From: an uncultured Verrucomicrobiae bacterium
GTDB lineage: Bacteria > Verrucomicrobiota > Verrucomicrobiia > Limisphaerales > UBA8199
Reading direction: 5' to 3'
DNA length: 64,000 nucleotides
NCBI GenBank assembly: GCA_963809845.1
Contig: CAWELO010000014.1
Span: 157,307-221,306, forward strand
The first letter of the stretch is position 1. Every line of letters starts with the position of its first letter. Below the pieces are notes generated by a model that did no database searches, had not been told where the DNA came from, and was given only the letters and a program-made list of their open reading frames with translations. Of this stretch, positions 1 to 10,500 are shown in pieces. A program made the translations under genes and the position numbers.

Positions 1-576
1 CAATTCCCGCACCAGTTGCCGCTGGCCGGGCAAGGTGGCGTGGGCGGGGCCGATGGCAACGACCTGGCCTTCGGCGGTGACGATTTCCAGCTCGCTCAGG
101 TGGTCGGCGGTGGTTCCATAGAACGGGGTGTGCGAGCCGCTGGAATTGTTGGCGATCATCCCGCCGAGCGTCGCGCGTGAACTCGTCGCCACGTCGGGTC
201 CAAACCGGAAGCCATGCGGCCGCAGGAAAGCATTTAGTTGATCGAGCACCACCCCCGGGCCGGCGCGCACCGTGCGTCGTTCGAGGTCGAGTTCAGAGAT
301 TTGGCGATTATGGCGCGAGAAGTCGATGACCAGCCCGTCCCCCAGGGCGCCGCCAACCAGCCCGGTGCCCGCCCCGCGCGGAATGACGGGAATGCCCGAG
401 TGCAGCGCCGCTTGCACCAGTGCGGCCGTTTGCCGCGCGTCCCGGGGAAAGGCCACCGCGTCGGGTTCAATCCGGTAAATGGAGGCGTCGGTGGAGTAGA
501 GTTGACGGGTGAGATTGTCGAAGGCGACTTCGCAACCAGTGGCGGAAAGGGCGGCGCGTTGTTGCGCGGAGAGCAT
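1..576 (-). CDS. FAD-binding oxidoreductase (GlcD / D-lactate dehydrogenase-like), first 192 codons; gene continues past the left edge
   Basis: Absent from the ORF track because no stop lies in the window. My minus-strand translation from the ATG at 576-574 reads MLSAQQRAALSATGCEVAFDNLTRQLYSTDASIYRIEPDAVAFPRDARQTAALVQAALHSGIPVIPRGAGTGLVGGALGDGLVIDFS...ATLGGMIANNSSGSHT. This is the PCMH-type FAD-binding pattern. Confidence 0.8.
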   Translation of the reverse strand, partial: MLSAQQRAALSATGCEVAFDNLTRQLYSTDASIYRIEPDAVAFPRDARQTAALVQAALHSGIPVIPRGAGTGLVGGALGDGLVIDFSRHNRQISELDLERRTVRAGPGVVLDQLNAFLRPHGFRFGPDVATSSRATLGGMIANNSSGSHTPFYGTTADHLSELEIVTAEGQVVAIGPAHATLPGQRQLVREL

Positions 577-836
577 GGCTAATACTGGCAGCCAGCCTGG
601 CGGCGGGTGCGGCTGCACAACCTCCGGCTGGGTCGCACCGCCGCCTGCGCCGCCGAGGGCACACCGCGGCGGACTCGCGGCACGAGCTGCTCCAACCCGG
701 CGCGGTCGAACCCGATCTCGACCCGTCCGGGGTCGCTCTGGATAATTTCGTCTGGCATCGGTAGTCTGTCGCGTCACACGCTATCGGCGGGGGCGCGTGT
801 TGACAATGAGGAGTTGAAGCCTGAAACTCCGCCGCC

Positions 837-1639
837 ATGAACAGAATCGAGGACCGGTTCGCCCGGCTCAAGCGGCAGGGGCAAAAGGGATTCATCGCCT
901 ACATTGGGGCCGGGGATCCCGATTTGGAAGCGACACGGAGATTGGGCCTGGCCTTTGATCAACTCGGCGTCGATGTGCTCGAATTGGGCGTCCCGTTCAG
1001 CGATCCGCTGGCCGATGGGCTGGTGAACCAACTGGCGGCCCAGCGCGGTCTCGAGTCGGGCACCACCCCCGCCCGGGTGCTGGAAACCGTGGCCGCCCTG
1101 CGGCGCGACTCGCAAATCCCGGTCGTGCTCTACATCTATTTCAACCTGGTCCATCGCTACGGCCTCGAGCGCTTTATCACGGAGGCGGGCAGCGCGGGGG
1201 TGGATGGGTTGCTGGTGCTGGATTTGCCGCCCTGAAGAAGGAGACAACTATGAGAAGCTCATGCGCGCCGCCGGCCTCTGCAACATTTACCTGGTCGCGC
1301 CTACCACGCCCGTTGCGCGGCTCGAGTTCATCGTGAAGCGGGCCGCCGGCTTTGTCTATTACGTGTCACGCGAGGGCGTGACGGGTATGCAAACCAGGGT
1401 CTCGGAGACGATTGGGGCGATGACCGCGGAGATCCGAAAGCATACGCCTCTGCCCATCGCGGTGGGTTTTGGCATCTCCACGCCCGAGCAGGCGCGTCGT
1501 CGTGGCCCGGAACGCCGACGCTGTGGTGGTCGGGAGCGCGATCGTCGATCAGATTGCCCGGCTGGGAAAAGCGGCGGATTTGGTCCCGCGGGTGAGCGGG
1601 TTTGTGGGTTCGCTGGTCGAGGCGGTTCAGCGGGGTTAG
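837..1639 (+). pseudogene. trpA: Tryptophan synthase alpha chain, interrupted by two +1 frameshifts (~1230-1232 and ~1495)
   Basis: ORF 837-1235 gives MNRIEDRFARLKRQGQKGFIAYIGAGDPD...ELGVPFSDPLADG...LLVLDLPP, then a stop. The next frame continues EEGDNYEKL...YYVSREGVTGMQ...GFGISTPEQA. The third frame continues VVARNADAVVVGSAIVDQIARLGK...VQRG, with the stop at 1637-1639. The first break is one extra C in the CCC run 1230-1232. Confidence 0.85.
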
Positions 1640-1772
1640 CCGCGCGCGGGAGATCCGCGGGTTGAGCGGTCTGAAGGGCCGTTGGGGAACCGGCAAAGGA
1701 AGAAGCCAGGGGAGCCGTCCGCGCCTGGCTTTTCTCCGGGCCAAGGGCGGCGTCGTCATCCCACGGGTTAAA

Positions 1773-2246
1773 TCACAAGCCGAATCGCAGGCGCAGTTCG
1801 CGGCGCACTCCGTTGACTTGAATCACCGCCGAGTCGGTCCCGATCTCACCACATTTGATGAGGACCTTCGTGCCGTTGGGGAGCTTGACTTCGCCTTCTT
1901 CGCCCGGCTCGAAGGTGCGTCCGTTAATCATGGCCGTCCGGCGGGGGGGGCTGGTGATTCCGTTCAGCAGGAACCCCGACATGTCGATAGCGCCCCCTTC
2001 CTTGGGTTTCACCACCGGCGCCACGACTGGAACCAACTGGGGAAAGAAGGGGTTGCGTCCGTCCTTTGGGCTGGCTGGTATGGCGAAAACCGACTGGGGG
2101 ATTTCAACGGGATTAAAGGTGGGAACACCCGGGCCATGGGCTTTGCCGGGGGCATTGGTCGAAGCGGCCACCGCGCACAGCGCGCTGGCCAGAAAAAGAG
2201 CAACCACGTGAGCAAGCGTGCGAAGGCGGTGAAGGTTCATAAGCAT
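1773..2246 (-). CDS. PilP/GspC-like pilus assembly protein (signal peptide, C-terminal beta-domain)
   Basis: 157-aa ORF starting 12 bp downstream of pilO. The N-terminus is hydrophobic (LAHVVALFLASALCAVAAS). The C-terminus FLLNGITSPPRRTAMINGRTFEPGEEGEV...IQVNGVRRELRL resembles the PilP/GspC HR domain. Assignment rests on operon position. Confidence 0.5.
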   Translation of the reverse strand: MLMNLHRLRTLAHVVALFLASALCAVAASTNAPGKAHGPGVPTFNPVEIPQSVFAIPASPKDGRNPFFPQLVPVVAPVVKPKEGGAIDMSGFLLNGITSPPRRTAMINGRTFEPGEEGEVKLPNGTKVLIKCGEIGTDSAVIQVNGVRRELRLRFGL

Positions 2247-2258
2247 CGAATTCCTGGC

Positions 2259-2840
2259 TCAGGTGGTGCCGGGTTTCACCAACGTGGCAATTTGCATCCT
2301 AAAGGAGAGCTTCTCGCGTTCAGCGGACGTCAATCCCGACACCGGTTCCACGGTCAGGTTAAGGACGCGGCTATAAGGGAACTGGTTTTCGAAGTCGGCC
2401 AGGAACTTGCCCAGATCGTTGAAGGTGGCCGTGCCGCCGATGGTCAGGGCGGCCTGCTTGTAGGGGAAGCCCGGCAGCATGGACATTTCGCGCGGTCCGT
2501 CGATCTGGCTGTACTGAGGAATATCGACCCGGTACGAAAGCTTGAATTGGCGGATGGTATTGATGAACCAGGAATATAAATCCCCCGACGCCATGCCTTC
2601 TTCGATTTTGTCCAACTGCTTCCGGGTATCACACAGGTGGGCCTCGATGAGGCTGGCTTCCTGGATGGTCTGCTTCATTTGCTCGAGCTTTTGCTCCGCC
2701 GCCTGGCGTTTGCTCGCGAGACTGGCCCGGGCTTGGTACTCCGGCCGGATCAGGCCGTACCCGAGGCCGGCGATTACGCCAACCGTGATGAGCGCCACCA
2801 GCGCGAGCTGTTTGCGTTTTTCGGGGGTGAGCTTATTCAT
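2259..2840 (-). CDS. pilO: Type IV pilus assembly protein PilO
   Basis: I start the ORF at MNKLTPEKRKQLALVALITVGVIAGLGY (one TM helix followed by coiled coil). Its ATG overlaps the pilN stop as ATGA (2840-2837). Position is third in the pilMNO order. Confidence 0.7.
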   Translation of the reverse strand: MNKLTPEKRKQLALVALITVGVIAGLGYGLIRPEYQARASLASKRQAAEQKLEQMKQTIQEASLIEAHLCDTRKQLDKIEEGMASGDLYSWFINTIRQFKLSYRVDIPQYSQIDGPREMSMLPGFPYKQAALTIGGTATFNDLGKFLADFENQFPYSRVLNLTVEPVSGLTSAEREKLSFRMQIATLVKPGTT

Positions 2841-3508
2841 CGTGTCCTTTCGGGGTAGCGGCACTCCAGCGTGAATTGAACGCAAGGTTTGCCGTCGAGA
2901 AACTGCGGAGGCGACAGGCTGGTCAGGCGGACCTCGTTGCTGCCGCCCAGGGCAGCTCGAAAGTAGGGGGATTCTGCGATCGCCTTTTTGAACTTGTTGA
3001 CCTGGTCGCCGGGGTTGGCCCCGCTGTCGCGCGCGTCGAGTGTCACGATGATTTTTTCCGTGACGCTTGCGCGTTTGCCCGGGATGACGCGCTCGTCGGC
3101 GCCAGTCTTGGGCTTGACTTCCTCGTTATAGACGTAGATCTGGTCGCCCCGCACCCGGAGCAGTTGGACATCATCGGCGGTGGCTTGCTGGAGGGAATTG
3201 AGGAGCGTGCCGTACAGGAGGCGGTTCGTGGCCATCTCTTGGAGCGCGGCCAACCGGCTAATGGTTTCGTTAAGCTTGCGCTGGTTCTCGAGCACCTGCT
3301 GGAACCCGTTGGTTTTGGAGGAAAGCTGGGCTTCGAGCCGGTTGACTTCACCGCGAGCCCACATCCCCTTGGCCCAGAGTGAACTCCACCAGGCCAGCAT
3401 GAGACAGACGATGAAAACACCCGCCCAGATGGCCCGTTTTACCGGGTCGCGCCGGCGCATTTCTTCCAGGGCCTGGGCTTCGGCGAGCAGGTTGATGCGT
3501 ATGGGCAT
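2837..3508 (-). CDS. pilN: Type IV pilus assembly protein PilN (fimbrial assembly family)
   Basis: The N-terminus MPIRINLLAEAQALEE...AIWAGVFIVCLMLAWW is the canonical PilN INLLP-type start followed by a TM helix. The gene lies directly downstream of pilM. Confidence 0.8.
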   Translation of the reverse strand: MPIRINLLAEAQALEEMRRRDPVKRAIWAGVFIVCLMLAWWSSLWAKGMWARGEVNRLEAQLSSKTNGFQQVLENQRKLNETISRLAALQEMATNRLLYGTLLNSLQQATADDVQLLRVRGDQIYVYNEEVKPKTGADERVIPGKRASVTEKIIVTLDARDSGANPGDQVNKFKKAIAESPYFRAALGGSNEVRLTSLSPPQFLDGKPCVQFTLECRYPERTR

Positions 3509-3512
3509 AGGC

Positions 3513-4586
3513 TTAAAAGGCTCCCAACCCCGCGCCCACGGCCACCGTCAGTTGCGGGGACACATGGTCGATCTCGGCGGCTTGTTGCGCGGGCAAGCTG
3601 GCTTCCAGAGCGCCGACCGGGCTCCAAGGTTTGCACTCCACCATCAGTTCGGTTTGCAGCATCTGCACGATGAACTCGGAGCGGGCGGACCCGCCGCTGA
3701 TATACACGCCGGAGACGGTCTTGTCCTGCTGGTGCTCGAAAAAGTCGATGGAGGCACGCAGTTCCCGGCCGAGGGGTGTCACCAGAGTTTCGAGGTTGGA
3801 CTGGACCTCCATGGGCATTCCGATCTTGATACCCTCGGCCTCGGCGTAACTGATTCCGAGCGATTCCGCGAGCCCATGGGTCAACCGGTCGCCGCCGATG
3901 TTAACCACCCGGCTCAGCATGAGTTCACCCTCTTGCAAGATGCATATCGTCGTGTTTTTAAACCCCACATCGACCAGGGCGATGACCTCGCGGGCGAAGA
4001 CCTCGGGCACGTTAAGCTCGAAGGCGTTTACCGGGCCAATGAGCCCGGGCACCACTTGATCGGCTTGCAGGCCGGTTGCGCGCACGGCCGTTTGGAGTTC
4101 GTCCATGAGTTGTCGTTTGGCTCCGGCGACCAGCACTTTGAATTTGAGTGCGTTGGAGCCGAGCTTGGGCTTTTCGACGGGCTTTTCGGCGGCGCGCGGC
4201 GGGATCACGAAGCAATCGAAGACGTGCCCCGGCAAATCCTGTTGCAGATAGTTCTTCGCGTTGTTCTTGAGGACCTGCCGCATATCACTCAGGGGCATCT
4301 GTGGGAAATCGGCGTGGCGCACGATGGAATCATTGACGCCGATGGCCAGGCTCAAGGATCGGGTTTTGGTGTCCAGTGCCTGGCATACTTTCTTCAGATG
4401 TTCACCCAGCAGGTCGGCCGAGAGATTTCGTTCGTACACCGGCGCATCCACCAAGGCGTAGGCGGTGAGCGCGAAGCGGTCGCCCTTGCGTTGCAAGTGA
4501 ACCGCTTTTGTGGTTCGTCCGCCCAAATCAACCGAGATCACCTGATCTCGCTTCTTCGCGGAGCCGTTTAGGAATGGCAATGCCAT
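3513..4586 (-). CDS. pilM: Type IV pilus assembly ATPase-fold protein PilM
   Basis: 357 aa with actin/HSP70-like motifs: ISVDLGGRTTK, ALVDVGFKNTTI, NIGGDRLT and VYISGGSA. Confidence 0.85.
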   Translation of the reverse strand: MALPFLNGSAKKRDQVISVDLGGRTTKAVHLQRKGDRFALTAYALVDAPVYERNLSADLLGEHLKKVCQALDTKTRSLSLAIGVNDSIVRHADFPQMPLSDMRQVLKNNAKNYLQQDLPGHVFDCFVIPPRAAEKPVEKPKLGSNALKFKVLVAGAKRQLMDELQTAVRATGLQADQVVPGLIGPVNAFELNVPEVFAREVIALVDVGFKNTTICILQEGELMLSRVVNIGGDRLTHGLAESLGISYAEAEGIKIGMPMEVQSNLETLVTPLGRELRASIDFFEHQQDKTVSGVYISGGSARSEFIVQMLQTELMVECKPWSPVGALEASLPAQQAAEIDHVSPQLTVAVGAGLGAF

Positions 4587-4797
4587 TGTCGCTTTCTCTG
4601 TTTCCTGAGTTTACTGCCACCGACCTCTCACACAGGGTCGGTGAGCGAAAAGAGAGCAACCTCCGGGCCATGCAGCCCGCCGGGGACGAGCGCAGCCCTC
4701 GCACGGTGTTTGGGGTTGGGGTTTCCCCCGAATCGGAGCTCGGCGATCGAGCGGAGTGTCTAAACACGAGGCACAATCTGCCCAGGAAACTCCCGAG

Positions 4798-5676
4798 TCA
4801 GGCCAGTCGCTTTGCCCGCAGATGCAGTTCGTCCAGGACGGTTTGCAGCAGCGCGGAGACCTTTCCGCGCCACAGGGCGCCTACGATCACGGGGGGAAAA
4901 TCAGCCTTGGGCAACGGGAGCGCCTGGACGTTCGGGGGGAGCACCGCCTTGGGCACCAGGACAGACAGGCCAATCCCGAGTCCGTGGCTGACGTAGGTTT
5001 CGACGAGGTCGATGGAGCTCACTTCGATGCTGGTAAACCAATCCACGCCCAGCCGGGCCAGCCCCTGTTGAAAATGACGGCAGATCGTCTCGGCCTCGGG
5101 GAGGCAGATCAACGGCTCGTCGATCCGGTCTCGCTTCCACAGTTGCTCCGGAGCGGCCACCCCGCTGCCTTTCTCGACCAGCAGCGTCAAGGGCAATTCG
5201 AGCAAGGCAGCCGTATGAATGCCCGGGGCGGATTTCTTTTCGATCAATGTCACGGCCAGGTCGATCTCCTCCTTCTGCAGCAGGCCTTCCAATTCGGCCT
5301 GATACCCTTCGCGCAACGCCATCCGCAAGGCGGGATACCGTTTCCGCAGGCTGTGGAAGAACTCCGGAAAGTGATCGCGCAGGACAATGGTCGAGGCGCC
5401 GATCCGGATCTGGCGCGTCTGGCCGCCCTGCAAATCACTGGCCATGGCGTCCAGCCCTGAAAAGAAGGGATGAATGAAGCGGTAGAGCTTTTCCCCCGCG
5501 GGGGTCAGCAGGAAGGGCCGGCGCTGGAACAGCGTCACGCCGAGGTGCGCCTCCAGTTGGGCGACCTGTCCGCTGACGGCCGGTTGCTGGATGCCATAAG
5601 GAATATTGCGCACCGCTTCCATGATGCCTCCGTGCTTCGCCACATAGTAGAACAGTTCCAGGTGATGAATGTTCAT
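4798..5676 (-). CDS. LysR-family transcriptional regulator
   Basis: Start chosen at MNIHHLELFYYVAKHGGIMEAVRNIPYGIQQPAVSGQVAQLEAHLGVTLFQR, the LysR wHTH. A periplasmic-binding-like effector domain follows. Confidence 0.85.
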   Translation of the reverse strand: MNIHHLELFYYVAKHGGIMEAVRNIPYGIQQPAVSGQVAQLEAHLGVTLFQRRPFLLTPAGEKLYRFIHPFFSGLDAMASDLQGGQTRQIRIGASTIVLRDHFPEFFHSLRKRYPALRMALREGYQAELEGLLQKEEIDLAVTLIEKKSAPGIHTAALLELPLTLLVEKGSGVAAPEQLWKRDRIDEPLICLPEAETICRHFQQGLARLGVDWFTSIEVSSIDLVETYVSHGLGIGLSVLVPKAVLPPNVQALPLPKADFPPVIVGALWRGKVSALLQTVLDELHLRAKRLA

Positions 5677-5809
5677 AATCAGGTGCCGTTTTGACCGAAT
5701 GCTCGACTCCCATCGCCGATGCAGGGTCGTAAATCCGGTCAACCTATGGCAAGGCTAATGTGGTTAGCGGGGCGCTCCGGTGACTTCCCTTGGTTCGTGG
5801 GGGTTCATC

Positions 5810-5905
5810 GGATGGGGCGTCGCTACGCGACGCGCGGTCTCGGGGGGACGGGGATCCATGGACTGAAGTCCATGGCTACCGTCGTTCGTCGCTACGCGAC
5901 AGGGA
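5810..5905. repeat. REP-like cluster of GC-rich hairpins
   Basis: GCGTCGC-TAC-GCGACGC (5817-5833). CCATGGAC-TGAA-GTCCATGG (5856-5875). A second CGTCGCTACGCGAC copy at 5887-5900. Confidence 0.6.
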
Positions 5906-5934
5906 TGGGGGCAGTTACTTCATTTGGGCAGTCA

Positions 5935-6017
5935 CTGTTTTTAGCTAACCCCTCCTTTGGCTAACCCCCTCTTCTGGTTAACGCCTCTTTGGCTGTCGCC
6001 TCTTTTGGCTGTCGCCT
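5935..6017. repeat. Five degenerate 15-18-bp tandem repeats (TTTGGCT[A/G][A/T]C[C]CCTC) about 60 bp upstream of glgA
   Basis: Read directly: ttagctaacccctcc / tttggctaaccccctcttc / tggttaacgcctc / tttggctgtcgcctc / ttttggctgtcgcctggg. Confidence 0.6.
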
Positions 6018-6077
6018 GGGCATTCGGTCCCCTAGAATCCGGGCTGGCGATGGAACCGCCTCGGGAATCGTAACGGG

Positions 6078-7547
6078 ATGTTTATCGTAATGGTCACACC
6101 GGAGTGCGCGCCGGCGGCCAAAGTTGGCGGCCTGGCGGACGTCGTGCAGGGGTTGTCCAAGGAGCTTGGACTGCGCGGCCACGCCGTGGAGATCATCCTG
6201 CCCAAATACGACTGCATGCGCTACGACCGCATCTGGGGACTCACCAAGTGCTACAGCGATCTCTGGGTCCCATTTTACCAGCATTGGATCCATTGCGATG
6301 TTTATTCCGGCTGGATGGACGGCCTGAAATGCTTCTTCATCGAACCCCACCTGGACCGCAATTTTTTTAACCGGGGCGTCTTTTACGGGCATCAGGATGA
6401 CGGCGAGCGCTTCGCCTTTTTCTGCCGGGCCGCGCTCGAGTTCATGCTCAAGACGAACAAGCACCCGGATATTATACACTGCCACGACTGGCAGACCGCG
6501 CTGGTGCCGGTGTTGCTTTACGAGATGTATCAGCAACTGGGCATGCGGCATTCCAGGGTTTGCTTTACGCTGCACAATGTTGGGCATCAGGGGATCAGTG
6601 GGGAGTTTTTGCTGCGGGCGGTCGGATTGAACCCCGCTCACCTTTTGAATCCGGATCGGTTGCTCGATGATCGCCACCGCGGGGCGATCAATCTGATGAA
6701 AGGCGGCATTGTGTATTCGAATTTCGTGACCACCGTCTCACCGCGATACGCCGACGAGATACGGTTTACCCCCCTGGGGATGGGCTTGCAGCGGATCTTG
6801 AGGGTGCACCACCAGAAATTTGGCGGTGTCCTCAACGGCATCGACTACGGGGTGTGGAACCCGGAATTGGACCCGCACATCGCCCGGCGCTATAGTATCG
6901 GGTCGTTGGACGATAAATATGCGAACAAGGAGGCGTTGCGGCATCGTTTGTGGCTGCGTCAGGGGATGAAACCGGTGGTGTCATTCGTCGGCCGTTTAGA
7001 TCCCCAGAAGGGGGTCGATCTGATTTTGCACGCGGTGCCCTATTGCCTCGAGCACGGCTGCCAGTTCGTGCTGCTGGGGTCGAGCTTGCAGGGTGACATC
7101 AACACCGTGTTCTGGAATTTAAAGTGGCGGTTTAACGACCACCCGGACTGTCATCTGGAAATCGGCTATAACGAAGAACTGGCGCACTTGATCTACGCCG
7201 GCTCCGATCTGATCCTGGTGCCCAGCGGATACGAGCCCTGCGGCCTCACCCAGATTATCGCGCTCCGGTACGGCACCGTGCCCGTCGTGCGAAACACCGG
7301 CGGGCTCGCCGACACCGTGTTCGACGCCAATTACGCCCCGAAGCCCTACCAAGAGCGCAACGGTTATGTGTTCAACGATTACAACTGGGCGGGGCTGGAA
7401 TCGGCGCTGCACCGGGCCATCGGCATGTGGCACCATTACCCGCAACATTTTCGCGAGCTGATGGCCAACGGCATGCGTTGCGACTATTCCTGGAACTACC
7501 CGGGACAGAACTATCTCAACATCTACAACCACATCAAAGCTCGGTGA
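6078..7547 (+). CDS. glgA: Glycogen/starch synthase (GT5, ADP-glucose type)
   Basis: 489 aa. The N-terminus MFIVMVTPECAPAAKVGGLADVV carries the KxGGL motif. It also has HCHDWQTAL and a C-terminal PSGYEPCGLTQIIALRYGTVPVVRNTGGLADTV. Confidence 0.95.
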   Translation: MFIVMVTPECAPAAKVGGLADVVQGLSKELGLRGHAVEIILPKYDCMRYDRIWGLTKCYSDLWVPFYQHWIHCDVYSGWMDGLKCFFIEPHLDRNFFNRGVFYGHQDDGERFAFFCRAALEFMLKTNKHPDIIHCHDWQTALVPVLLYEMYQQLGMRHSRVCFTLHNVGHQGISGEFLLRAVGLNPAHLLNPDRLLDDRHRGAINLMKGGIVYSNFVTTVSPRYADEIRFTPLGMGLQRILRVHHQKFGGVLNGIDYGVWNPELDPHIARRYSIGSLDDKYANKEALRHRLWLRQGMKPVVSFVGRLDPQKGVDLILHAVPYCLEHGCQFVLLGSSLQGDINTVFWNLKWRFNDHPDCHLEIGYNEELAHLIYAGSDLILVPSGYEPCGLTQIIALRYGTVPVVRNTGGLADTVFDANYAPKPYQERNGYVFNDYNWAGLESALHRAIGMWHHYPQHFRELMANGMRCDYSWNYPGQNYLNIYNHIKAR

Positions 7548-10500
7548 CGACATCCAGCCAGACGGTAACGGCGCAAACGGGCCTGAAGGTCGAGGCGCTG
7601 ATTTCCCGGCGAGACACCGGCCTCGAGGTTACCCTCAAGGCGCCGGCCGTGCCTCGCCTGCTTCTGCATTGGGGCTTGCGGCGGTCTGGTGCGGAGGCCT
7701 GGACGATACCGCCCCAGCCCGGCTGGCCTCCCGGGACCGTGGCCGCCGGCCCAGGTGCGTTGCAGACCCCGTTTGCCAAGATGGATGGCGAGGCCAGGCT
7801 CGTGATTCCGCTCAGCCCCGCTGACGATTACGCCGCGCTTGAGTTTGTCCTGTTTCTGCCGGACGAAGGACGCTGGGACAATAACAGCGGGCGCAATTAC
7901 CAAATTCCCCTCGGGGAGACGCCGGCCCCGGGCGCGAAACCGCTCGGAGTCCTGCGGGCGCAGGCGGGTTCGGAGGAGTCATTGCTGGACCGAGTCTTCG
8001 AGCTGGCGGGCGGAGGCCAGTTGGCGGTGGGTGTGGCCAAGGCCGGCGACCAATACCGGCTGCGCTTCGTTTGCGACCGCGCGCGACCACTCCTGCTCCA
8101 CTGGGGCGTGGCCCAGCGTTCGCCGCATGAGTGGCTGCTGCCGCCGGAAACCTCGCGTGGCAAGGCGGCAACCGTTTTTCATGACCAATCCGCGGAAACT
8201 CCGTTTTCACCGCAGGACGGTTTGAACACGCTCCTGCTGGGGTTTTCGGAACCTGAAGCCCCACTCGGGATCCAGTTTGTGTTGCGGGAAGGGCCGGAGG
8301 GCCGCTGGATCAATTACCGGGGCGGGAATTTCTACCTGCCGGTCAAGGTGCGCCAGGCAGCTATGGCCCACCCGGGCGCCCGCGAGCATGCGGACATCGC
8401 GGAGGAGATTGTGCGGGCGGAGACCACCCACAATTCCTGGACCCTGATGCACCGGTTCAACCTGTGTTACGACCTGCTCGACCGGGTCCGCGGCAGCCCC
8501 GATGGCTTGGCTCTGATTTATGTCTATTTGCGCTTTTCCGCCATTCGCCAGCTCACCTGGCAGCGCAACTACAATACCAAACCGAGGGAGCTGGCCCACG
8601 CGCAGGAACGCCTGACGCAGCGGCTCGCCGAGCTTTACCGCCAGGAGCCCGCCGGCCGGCCCCTGGCTCGCTTAACCCTTGCCACGGTAGGCCGGGGCGG
8701 CGAGGGGCAGCGCATTCGCGACGAGATCCTCAATATCATGCACCGCCACCATGTCAAGGAGGTGAGCGGTCATTTCCTCGAAGAGTGGCACCAGAAACTC
8801 CATAACAACACGACCCCCGATGACGTGGTGATTTGCGAGGCCTACCTGGCTTTTCTGAAGAGCAATGGTGACCAGGATACGTTCTATCGCACGCTCGAAG
8901 CGGGCGGGGTTACCCGCCAGCGCCTGGAGAGCTTCGAACGCCCGATTCGCAGCCATCCTGACTTCGTCCCGCACCTGAAGGACGCCCTCATTAATGATTT
9001 CAAGAACTTTCTAAAAATCCTCAAAGCCAGCCATTCCGGAACAGATCTCGAGACCGCGATCCAAGCCGCCCGAAGCCAGCTGGATGGAGACTTGCAGGGT
9101 CGGCTGAACCAGGTCTGGGAGCAACGCAACGCCCCTCCGGAGCGCGCCCTGGATCTCGTCCGGCAGATCACCGAGGCGCGCCGCCGATTATCGAGTTCAT
9201 TCAACCGAACCGGCGGATTGCGCGAGTTGCTTTACCTCGATTTGGCTCTGGAACAACTGCTGCGCGCCATCATCGAGCGGAACATCCATTTGCCTTTCGG
9301 CGGTGACCCGTTGGTGGACTTCATCGGCTGCGTTCTGGAGAACCTGACCTTGTCCTACGAAGAACCCGAGCTGGCCGCGTGCTCGAGGCATTGGGAACGG
9401 CTTCGATCCCTGCCGCGTTTTGGCGACGCGTGGTCGCTGCATGCCAAATCCGTGCTCGACCGCGCCGCCCGGGCGCTCGGCGCGTGGATTGACCACTTTT
9501 ACCAACTCTTGCAACCCAAGGCGGAGCTGCTCGGCGGGGGTTTTAAAGCCGAGTCCTGGACGATCACGCTGTTCAGCGAAGAGGTGGTGCGCGGCAGCAG
9601 CCTGGGGTTTGCGCTTTCGGGTTTGTTGCGCCACTTGGATCCGGTCTTGCGCCGGGCGGCCCACATTGGGAATTGGCAGATCATCAGCCGCGGTCGTGGG
9701 GCGGGGCGGGTTGAGGTGGTCGAGGCCTTGAGCTCGGTCCAGGGCCGCCGGTTCGACGGGCCGAGGGTTATTGTCGCCGACCGTGTGACCGGGGAGGAGG
9801 AGATCCCGGACCAAGTGACCGCGGTGATCGCTCCGGATGTGGTTGATATGGTCTCCCACGTGGCGGTGCGCGCCCGCAATGCCGGCGTGCTCTTTGCGTC
9901 GTGCCACGATCCGGAGCTGTTCCAGCACCTGAAATCCCTGCAGGGCCGGCAAGTCCACCTCGAAGTGAGCGCTGCCGGTGATGTTCTGGCTGCCGAGGGC
10001 ATGGGAGAAACCGCCACGCAACCTCCGGCACACGAGCCTCAACGGCTGAGTCTTCCCCAGCGATCCTTCACCCGCTACGCCATTCCGTTCTCCGATTTTA
10101 CTGAACACCTGGTCGGTGGCAAAGCGCTGCACCAGGCTGAACTGCGAAAGCGGTTGCCGGACTGGATTCACCAGCCGGCCTCCGCCGCGCTGCCCTTTGG
10201 CGTGTTCGAGCGCGTGTTGAGCTTTGAGTCGAACCGCAGCGTCGCGAAACGCTATCTCGAGCTGGCCCGGCAGACCGCCTCGACGGGCACGGAACCGCTG
10301 GCGGAGCTCAGGCAAGCCATCCTTTCACTCCAAGCCCCCGCTGAGTTGATAGAGGCCCTGCGCGCGGCGATGGCAGCGTCCGGGCTCGCCTGGCCTGACG
10401 ATTGGGAGACGGCCTGGACGCGGATCAAACAGGTTTGGGCTTCCAAGTGGAATGACCGCGCGTTTCTCAGCCGCCAGCGTATCGGTTTGCCCCACGACTC

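Noticed and set aside
3180-4571. 463-aa plus-strand ORF
   Set aside because: It is antisense to pilM and pilN. The sequence is low-complexity and has no recognisable domain.
7427-7543. ATG at 7427 as the start of the GWD-like gene (as in the ORF track)
   Set aside because: That start would overlap the last 120 bp of glgA. The extra residues (MAPLPATFSRADGQRHALRLF...) look like out-of-frame glgA sequence. GTG at 7544, in a GTGA overlap with the glgA stop, is more plausible.
9197-10315. 372-aa minus-strand ORF (and similarly 12069-13208, 8207-8599, 10325-10888)
   Set aside because: These are antisense to the GWD-like and PWD-like genes, whose sense frames carry strong family motifs.
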